64,000 nucleotides of DNA from Eledone cirrhosa (taxonomy: Eukaryota): positions 48,050,001 to 48,114,000 of the forward strand of contig OZ024746.1 in NCBI GenBank assembly GCA_964016885.1. Reading direction: 5' to 3'. The translations under genes were made by a program, and so were the position numbers. How positions within the stretch are numbered: the first letter of the stretch is position 1; every line of letters starts with the position of its first letter. This document shows, piece after piece, positions 54,635 through 64,000 of this stretch. The notes beneath the pieces are model-generated. The model saw only the letters and a program-made list of their open reading frames with translations. It searched no databases and had not been told where the DNA came from.

Positions 54635-56186
54635 TCATCATCATCATCAACGTTTAACGTCCGTGTTCCACGCTTGCATGGGTTTGGACGGGGGTTTTCC
54701 CACTTGAGGCAAGAGTGATTGTCTTGCTCGCATAGGACTGTCTGGCAGATTTTCTACAGTTGGATGCCCTTCCTAACACCAACCACATTTACAGTGTGGG
54801 TCTGGGAGGTTTTTACCGTGTTGCCTACACGGCCACATTACAGCGTGAACTGTGGGTTTTTTTTGTCGTGACACCTACACGATCTCATTTGTTTCGGCCT
54901 GGATGGTGTGGCACCAACATAACTTTACATAGAAGGGGGCGGTGTGGATGGGGTGGAGGTGGTGGGACGGGGGTGTATTTTATTAGAGATGCCTACTGAC
55001 TGTAGTAGGTTTTACTTTGTATTTAGGTAAGGCGGGTCTTCTCTATTACTGAGTACCGCCAAAGGTCTCGGTCCAGTGACATTGTCTTGGTGAGGTGTAA
55101 GTGTGTGAGGTCGGAGTTTATCAGCTCGTCCCAGGTTTTTCTGGGTCTGCCTATTCCGTGGCTACCGTCTATCTTTATTGCCCTGCACTTTGTTATACAG
55201 CTATCGTCCTTCATGCGCATCACGTGACCATACCAACGTAGCCTTCTCTCTAGTAAACAACATCTGATCCCTCTTATTTCTAATTTTTTCCTTAGTTCGT
55301 TTATGCTTTGTCGTTCACGTATATTACTATTACACATCCAGTGGGGCATGCAAGCTTCGTTTCTCTCTAGTCTGCGTATATCCTCTGCACACAATGCCCA
55401 GGTCTCACTGCAATGCAACATTGCTGTTCGTATGCAGGCATCGTACAGCCTGCCTTTCATTTTTAGGGAGAACCCTTTAGCGGCTAATAGTGGTATAAGC
55501 TCTCTGAACTTTTTCCACCCAGTTCTGACTCTAGCTACTGTACTTTCAGAGCACCCTCCCCCACTGCTGATTTTGTCACCCAGGTAACGGAAGCTGTCCA
55601 CTATTTCTATAGAGCCCTCTGTGCAGTTGAAAGAGCTAGTATTTTGTGGGCACTTGCTGCTACTTATTGCACCAGAGCACCGGCCACATGTGAAATCTAT
55701 GTACTTAGTTAGCTTACCTGTGATCCCACTACATCTTTTATGCACCCATACTTTGCATTTGGGACACAAAATGGAATTTCTACCTACGCCTTTCCTACAC
55801 TCTGCGCATGACCACTTCCCGGAGGGGACCGCCGCCTTATTTTCTTTCTTACAAACTAGAACTTTAGTCTTAGCCAGGTTAATTTTAAGGCCTTTTGATT
55901 CTAGGCCGTGCTTCCATGTTTGGAATTTCTTCTCTAGCTCGGCCATTGATTCAGCTATGAGCGTTAGATCATCTGCGTATAGGAGTTCCCATGGGCAGCC
56001 GGTCTTGAACTCCACTGTTATAGCCTGGAGGGCAATAATAAATAGTAGGGGGCTAAGAACAGAGCCCTGATGAACACCAACTTTTACACTAAACTCTTCA
56101 CTATATTCGTTGTTAATTCTAACCTTGCTGACTGTTTCTTTATACATGACTTGTATAGCTCTCACAAGCCATTCATCAACACCTAG
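54635..56186 (-). mobile_element. 5'-truncated RTE-clade LINE (RT C-terminal half, 3' UTR, (GAT)n tail)
   Basis: ORF 55023-56165 contains GVHQGSVLSPLLF, LLYADD, FRYLGD, RRLRWYGHVMR and GRPRKTW; open for 380 aa. Confidence 0.93.
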
Positions 56187-56228
<42 letters not shown>

Positions 56229-56396
56229 AAATAAATATAAATATATAAATATAAATATATATAAATATAAATATATATATAAATATAAATATATATATAT
56301 AAATATATATAAATATATAAATATATAAATATATAAATATAAATATATATATATAAATATATAAATATATATATATAAATATATATATATATAAAT

Positions 56397-56570
<174 letters not shown>

Positions 56571-56700
56571 AATATATATAAATATATATATATATATAAA
56601 TATATATATATAGATAAATATATATATATATATAAATATATATATACATATATATAAATATATATATATAAATATAAATATATATATAAATATATATATA

Positions 56701-59700
56701 CTAGCAGTTTAGCCCGGTGTTGCTCGAGTTTGTTCATTTGCTATGAAAAGTTACATATAGGTAAACGTGGTTTGAAAGCGAATAAGCTTATCAATTAAGT
56801 GCATAAAGCAGTTGAACCGGTTATTAAAAGTTACGAACCAATTAGCATTTTGTTCAATCAATGATGGGTTAATAATCTTCCAATAGCGAATTTAGTAGAC
56901 TGGGAATTGTGATCGCCGGAAATCGAACGGGATATCTGACGGGGAAGGTTCATCCTTGGAATGAAAACATTCTCCCCTCTTCCGCACCCCGTTACAATGT
57001 TGGCCACAATCAAGTGGGTGTTAGTGACTTGACGACTATGCGAGTACCGACTGCTTTGGTGGACGCAAGTTCCTTATTAGCATAATGGGACAGCCAACTC
57101 TAAGCTTAATAATGTGAGGTTGGAGCCCTGGGGGCTCAAGGAGATTTAATAACTCAACCGGATAATTAACGATATCATCGGGGTCTGATTTGAAGATGTG
57201 CTCTTTACCGGGAATTTTCTCAATCAGCTGCTCGTTAATAAAATTAACCATGGTATTTTTCGGAGCAAGGATGGCTCTTTCGCTGAGCCAATCGAGGTTT
57301 TTAAAGTTAGATGAGACATTAGGAAAAACTGCTTCCCAAAAGTCAGAAGGGCTGCTCACAATGTTGCACAGGGTGTCGATTGCTATGCCGCCCTTGTCAT
57401 CCGCAGGGATCTTGCCCTCACCAAGTGCTAAAATGTTCTGTGCTGCAAACATGTCACCATGCAAATGAGCACGCATATTTGTGCTCAGGTACAAACTATT
57501 CACCTGGAGCCACAACATGGACGACTTAAGACAGGCACGCACTTCATCAGCTCTTGTCCATTTGGGGATGACAGGCAGCGTTTTCCGAAAATTCCCTGAT
57601 AGCAGAAGGGTTACGCCACCCATAGGAGCCGTAGAATCCCTAATGTCTTTCCGGGCCCTGACCAATGCCTCAAGGGCACCCTTGTGTGCCATTGTGCACT
57701 CATCCCAAACAATGAGGCAACATCTTTTGAGAACCATAGCTTTGTGTGAACTCTTGCTGATATTGTATGTTGGTGTCTCAGTTTTTACTAAATCCAAAGG
57801 GAGTTTAAAGGTTGAATGTGCTGTCCTGCCTCCCGGAAGCAAAGAAGCAGCGATCCCGGACGATGCAACGGACAACGCAACTTTTTTCTCCTGACGAATC
57901 TTAGCGAGAATCAAATTCGTGACAAAAGTTTTTCCGGTACCCCCGGGATCGTTTTTTATTGGGGGGATCAGGGTTTTTTTTTTTGACCTTGAGGTATAAC
58001 CAGTCAGTAGTTCCCTCAAAGGCTCTGGCGGTTCCGTAAGAGGAGGCAAGGTGACCTTACTGTTTAAGCAGCACATTGCAGGTGGCTCCCCAGCCCACTT
58101 TGTAGCATTGCAGAATTGGCAATTGAAGCGCATCTCGCCTATATTTATGTCAGAGCGCATCGAGTAATTAATGTTTTGCTCATACTTGAAAGCCCGTAGG
58201 TGCCAGTAAGGGCTGTTGGGGCTCGTCAAATCACGTGCAGGTTCTCGCCGTCGACTGTTACGCTTGAACATAGAACATTGGTCGTGTGGTTGGTGGGAAG
58301 GTCTGTCAGCAATAGCAGAAGCAACATTTGCAATGCTAATGGAACCCCCGTCTGCATCTTCAGAAGCCATGGAAGTAGTCATAGCCGCAGCGTTCGTAGG
58401 AAGGCAAGCCGTCCGTTGTTTTAAACGTTCCAAAGACCTGGAAGCAGCATTAGTCGCATCGTTTCTAGCCAGGCGCTTCGACCTTTGTTCACGGCTCTCT
58501 GAAGCCCTGGAAGAAGCCTCGTATGAAGCCATTTTGGCTAGGCGTGCGGTGCGCTGTTGGAAACTTTCAGCGGCTCGACATTCTGCTGAACATAAGGCTG
58601 TCTGTGAAAGTCTTGAAGCATTTTGCTCAGAGGACTCGTTTGCTATAGTAGCCTTTTGCGTCACTGCTGACGCGGTATGTCGACTGAGGCGACTTCTCTT
58701 TTTAGGTGGCATTTTATGTCCAAAAGAAAGGGTGAAAGTTACTTCTACAGAAAAATTGACTTTGAAAGTCTACTGTCTGTTTATGAATATTGTTATTGTT
58801 GTTGTGATACAAATGTTAGTAAGTAAATGGGTATCGAAAAATAAAGGGTGAAAGTTACTTCAACATAAAAATTGACTTTGAAAGTATAAGGCTGATAATT
58901 GAATGTAAAAAGATTGATAAGAAAGGCCCCCCTCAAAAAAAAATGTACAGTTATTTGTATGTATGTGTGTATTTTTATGTCGAAAAGAAAGGGTTAAAGT
59001 TTAGTTTGAAAGTGTAAGGCCGATGTGTGTGTAAATTAAGTGACAGGTATTTGTATGTATGTGTGTATATGTATGTATGTATTAAAGGTTGAAAGTTACT
59101 TCAACATAAAAATTGACTTTGAAAGTATAAGGCTGATAATTGAATGTAAAAAGATTGATAAGAAAGGCCCCCCCCCAAAAAAAAAATGTACAGGTATTTG
59201 TATGTATGTGTGTATTTTTATGTCGAAAAGAAAGGGTTAAAGTTTAGTTTGAAAGTGTAAGGCCGATGTGTGTGTAAATTAAGTGACAGATATTTGTATG
59301 TATGTGTGTATATGTATGTATGTGTGTATATGTATGTATGTGTGTATATGTATGTATGTGTGTATATGTATGTATGTGTGTATATGTATGTATGTATGTA
59401 TGTATGTATTAAAGGTTGAAAGTTACTTCAACATAAAAATTGACTTTGAAAGTATAAGGCTGATAATTGAATGTAAAAAGATTGATAAGAAAGGCCCCCC
59501 AAAAAACTTTACAGGTCTTTGTATGTATGTGTGTATTTTTATGTCGAAAATAAAGGGTTAAAGTTACTTATACAGAAAAATATAGTTTGAAAGTGTAAGG
59601 CCGATTGAAAAACTTACAGTTTAGTAAATGAAAGTCAGCTTCAAAATGGAGTTTGAACGCACTAATACAAACACACACACATATATCTGTCTTTTAGTGT

Positions 59701-60195
59701 GTCTTTTTGTTTCGCTCTCCCTCTTTATCATTATATCCCTCTTTATCATAATATGCTATTGTTATTTCTAAAACAAACTGTGTATGCGTTGATTGATTGA
59801 AATTCCAGCGTTCCTGTTTCTATGACGTCAATCGTAACCATACCAACATATATGTGTGTGTATGCACCCACATATATGTGCATATATGTTTTTTTTCAAT
59901 GTTTCTCTTTTTCACAAACACTTATAAGAGAAGGTAGCAATTTTAAGGGGAGGTGATGAAGGGAGTAGATATAGGAAACGTATATCATATGAGAGAGTAG
60001 AAATCATCGATTGTTGAAATAAATCGATTTTTCCGTAATTGGGGCATTTTTTACCCAATAAGTTCGCCCATGACCCAAGTTAGAATATTTGTAAACATTC
60101 TGCTTAATTATTCATTCAATATTTTTGGAATTGTGTAAATGTATAAAATTGAAACATACATACAGACACAAAAATCTGCCTTTTATAGATAATGA
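56701..60195 (-). mobile_element. Internally deleted Helitron
   Basis: 5' TCATTATCTATAAAAG at 60195; 3' hairpin ctcgagcaacaccggg plus CTAG at 56701. About three tandem ~240-330-bp units at 58846-59600. Confidence 0.9.
57036..58712 (-). pseudogene. Helitron RepHel remnant: N-terminal repeats and Cys motif fused to a PIF1-type helicase, Rep domain missing
   Basis: CQFCNATKWAGEPPAMCCLNSKVTLP followed almost directly by PGGTGKT, ASSGIAA, GGRTAHS, WDECTM, AILAPKN and LRVGCPIMLIRNL. Helicase similarity continues past 57036 through frameshifts. Confidence 0.9.
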
Positions 60196-60208
60196 TAAAT
60201 ATATATAA

Positions 60209-60305
<97 letters not shown>

Positions 60306-60346
60306 AATATATATATATATGTTTATATATATATAAATATATATAC

Positions 60347-60414
<68 letters not shown>

Positions 60415-60477
60415 TAGAAAGTGAGGTTTTTTTTTTACAAAATGAAAAATAACCGAGGTGTCCTACATGAGTGAAAG

Positions 60478-60704
60478 TATAAAGAAAAAGATGAAATCGA
60501 AAATGCAACTGGAGTCTTATTTTTTAAAAAAATATATATATTTATTTGGTTCCTTTACCGGTTTCGCAGTTCTTCTGCTTTTCAAAGGTGAGTTGAGATG
60601 GAGGGTCTGTGGTTTTTCTCATGTGAGGAACCAAATAAAAATATATATTAAAAAAAAAAATAAGACTCCAGTTGCATTTTCGATTTCATCTCTTTTTCTT
60701 TATA
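60478..60704. repeat. Inverted repeat with a hammerhead-like core in the loop (Penelope-like remnant)
   Basis: Arms about 60478-60554 and 60626-60704. Minus strand reads CCT-TTGAAAA-GCAG(AAGAA)CTGC-GAAA-CCGG-TA-AAGG. Confidence 0.7.
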
Positions 60705-60729
60705 TATAAATATATATAAATATAAATAT

Positions 60730-60796
<67 letters not shown>

Positions 60797-60799
60797 AAT

Positions 60800-60934
<135 letters not shown>

Positions 60935-60937
60935 AAT

Positions 60938-60968
<31 letters not shown>

Positions 60969-61082
60969 AATATATAAATACATATAAATACATATATATA
61001 TAAATATATATATATATAAATACATATAAATACATATATATATAAATATATATATATATATAATATATATATATATATAAAT

Positions 61083-62256
61083 ATACAAGTTAATATAAAT
61101 TAATATGATAAACACAAAAGTGTTTGTATTGTAAAAGACGAAGTTAGCGAGAATGAAATAAACTAATTCAAATAAATATAGTTTGCCTGTCTCGATTTAA
61201 AATAATAAATCAATAAAAACAAACCCATATTGGCAAATAGCCGTGGTACCTGGACAAATTTAAATTTCAAAATCCAAACCTGTTCCGCAGAAAAATCCGA
61301 ATTTCAAAATCCACATAAGTTTCACAACGGTAGTATAAAAAGTGAAATATTCTAATTTTCTGAGCTTATCAACAGGTACCCAGAAAAATTAGAATGTTTC
61401 ACCTCTAAAAAATGTTGGAGGTCTGGTTGACTAGCGCAAACGCACAAGGTTTTTCCAGCTCACTAGCTATTTGCCAATATGGGTTTGTTTTATAGATTTA
61501 TTATTTTAAATCGAGACAGGCAAACTATATTTATTTGATTAGTTTATTTCATTCTAGCTAACTTCGTCTTTTACAATACAAACACTTTTGTGTTTATCAT
61601 ATATTAATTTATATTAACTTGTATTTCACGGCTCAGAAATACTTCTTTCTTTGAGCTAATTAATTGTAAAGGACTGTTTGAGTTTATAACTCTAAATATA
61701 ATATAATATTACTGCTCCTTCTGTTGAGCTAATTTTTAATCCCATATAAACGGCTGTTATTTCTAGCGCCATGAATATGGGATAGCTAGTGAGCTGGAAA
61801 AACCTCGTGCGTTTGCGCTAGTCAACCAGACCTCCAAAATTCTTTAGAGGTGAAACATTCTAATTTTTCTGGGTACCTGTTGATAAGCACAGAAAATTGG
61901 AATATTTCACTTTTTATACTACCGTTTCGAAACTTATTTGGACTTTGAAATTCGGATTTTTCTGCGGAACAGGTTTGGATTTTTGAAATTTAAATTTGTC
62001 CAGGTACCATGGCTATTTGCCAATATGGGTTTGTTTTTAATGATTTTTTATTTTAAATCGAGACAGGCAAACTATATTTATTTGAATTAGTTTATTTCAT
62101 TCTAGCTAACTTCGTCTTTTACAATACAAACACTTTTGTGTTTATCATATATTAATTTATATTAACTTGTATTTCACGGCTCAGAAATGCTTCTTTCTTT
62201 GAGCTAATTAATTGTAAAGGACTGTTTGAGTTTATAACTCTAAATATAATATAATA
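61083..62256. mobile_element. Inverted-plus-tandem repeat structure typical of Penelope-like pseudo-LTRs
   Basis: 61083-61469 is the reverse complement of about 61782-62172. 61466-61709 is a direct repeat of about 62012-62256. Confidence 0.75.
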
Positions 62257-62392
62257 TATATAAATATATAAATAGAAATATATATATATATAAATAGAAA
62301 TATATATATATATAAATAAGAAATATATATATATATATATAAATAGAAATATATATATATATATAGAAATATATATATATATAGAAATATAT

Positions 62393-62427
<35 letters not shown>

Positions 62428-62897
62428 AATATACATATATAAATATAAATATATATTTATATAAATATAAATATATATATATAAATATATAAATATAAAT
62501 ATATATATAAATATATAAATATATATATATATAAATAAATATATATATAAATAAATATATATATATATATATATATATAAATATATATATATATAAATAA
62601 ATATATATAAATATAAATATAAATATAATAAATAAATATATATAAATATAAATATAGATATAAATATAAATATATATATAAATAGGCTTGGTAACTTGTT
62701 GGGATAAGACGTGGTTTTCGTATCTCCAGATTTGAAATTTTAATATTTTAAATCGACAGGAAATCGGATTTATGTATGGCTTTAAATTTTCAGAGGACAA
62801 GGAAAACATACAAAAAAGATAAGTTTTTGTGCTTTGACGCAATTATTTTGAAGTATATTTTACATGTATTACCGTTTTAAACATGTTTATTTTCACT

Positions 62898-63097
62898 NNN
62901 NNNNNNNNNNNNNNNNNNNNNNNNNNNNNNNNNNNNNNNNNNNNNNNNNNNNNNNNNNNNNNNNNNNNNNNNNNNNNNNNNNNNNNNNNNNNNNNNNNNN
63001 NNNNNNNNNNNNNNNNNNNNNNNNNNNNNNNNNNNNNNNNNNNNNNNNNNNNNNNNNNNNNNNNNNNNNNNNNNNNNNNNNNNNNNNNNNNNNNNNN
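62898..63097. other. Assembly gap (200 N)
   Basis: Run of N. Confidence 1.
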
Positions 63098-64000
63098 CAC
63101 CTGACAAGCAGTATAGCAGATGCAGAAATACATATACCGAAATATACTGTATTTCGTTCGGACAGGAAGGAGAGAACTCATGGTGGGGTTGCTCTGTATA
63201 TCCTGGGGCACCCCACTTGTTATCGGTGTTTCCCTCGAGAGGGCCCCATTTGCTGCGACTGCCTGGCTTCTGTCCCTTAGGAAGCCATGCAGCCACTCAC
63301 CTACTTTTTCAGTTATGCCGAGTCCGTGTAGTTTGTGACATATCATTCCGTGGTCGACCTTGTCAAAGGCCTTCGCAAAGTCAAGATATATCACGTCTAC
63401 ATGTGAGCTGTCTAGTAGTTGTCTCAGTACCCAGTCGTAGTGATGTAGCAGCTGTGTAAGGCAGCTTCTTCCTGGGCGGAAACCATGTTGCGTGCTAGTC
63501 AGGCGGTCATTTTCTTCGAGGAAAGTGATTAGTTTCTTTCTGACGACTCGCTCCATGACCTTACTGATATGCGACGTCAGGGAGACTGGCCTATAGTTCT
63601 TGGCCTCCGCTCTACTACCTCCTTTATGGATAGGGCATATTGTGCCTTCTTTCAGCTCCCTGGGTAGTACACCGCTAGCCAAGGAGCTTCTGAAGAGCAT
63701 CTTCAGTGGAGTTGCTAAGGCCCGCTTACATATTTTTAGGAGAACTGCTGGGAATCCATCAGGTCCAGCAGCCGAGTCTGTTCTAATTTCATCAATGGCG
63801 TACACCACATCCTCCTCCGTTATGTCTATGTGGTTGATGGTTGCCATTTCTTGATGTAGTGTTGTGGCATCAAAGAACTCCTCTGGCTTCGTTATTTGCA
63901 TGTGCCTCAGTGGACATGTGAAGACACTTTTGTACTGTTCGTTCAGTATTTCACATATCTCTTGGGGATTTTCGGTTAATGAACCGTCCGTGTGGAAGAG
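63098..64000 (-). mobile_element. CR1-clade LINE ORF2 fragment, rearranged
   Basis: Minus-strand RT (AGPDG, NYRPVSLTS, QHGFRPGRSC, YLDFAKAFDKVDH, SGVPQ) ends near 63203. The plus strand at 63098-63203 encodes an APE endonuclease segment (IADAEIHIPKYTVFRSDRKERTHGGVALYI). Confidence 0.88.

Noticed and set aside
58846-59600. Regularly spaced repeats; also 52111-52180 and about 11915-12200
   Set aside because: Simple tandem duplications without unique spacers; not CRISPR-like.

Overview
AT-rich, repeat-dense animal genomic DNA. The SINE/RTE repertoire points to a coleoid cephalopod, probably an octopod (inference). The window lies inside a minus-strand Na+/Ca2+ exchanger gene (NCX/SLC8A/Calx family). 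Two unambiguous constitutive exons are present: 12636-12757 (end of CBD2, GSGSDNQPVEEDDPVLIELGKPRRGENIKITVHITESTEFK) and 9461-9560 (SVVDKLLKKANLSLVVSTSSWREQFIEAITVNA). A 3-nt microexon candidate lies at 4577-4579. The preceding CBD2 exon (the 'IDDEEYEK' exon, equivalent to vertebrate exon A/B) was not found, so the interval corresponding to the CBD2 F-G loop appears to span more than 50 kb. That interval holds an apparent array of phase-1-symmetric cassette exons. Three are paralogous 171-192-nt exons (35745-35915, 29489-29680, 23492-23671) that share GT/GS starts, an S-G|gtcag end and basophilic kinase motifs. Shorter candidates are 42/36, 72, 21 and 12 nt, plus a 4-nt one. A Ser codon (AGC) at a normally Gly position is a candidate A-to-I recoding site. 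The introns contain Nin-domain SINEs in both orientations, RTE/CR1/CRE LINE remnants, Helitrons (one with a Rep-deleted helicase ORF), hAT and TTAA MITEs, Penelope-like inverted repeats with decayed hammerhead cores, long microsatellites and a 200-N gap. Exon calls come from splice motifs and reading frame only; no expression data were available.
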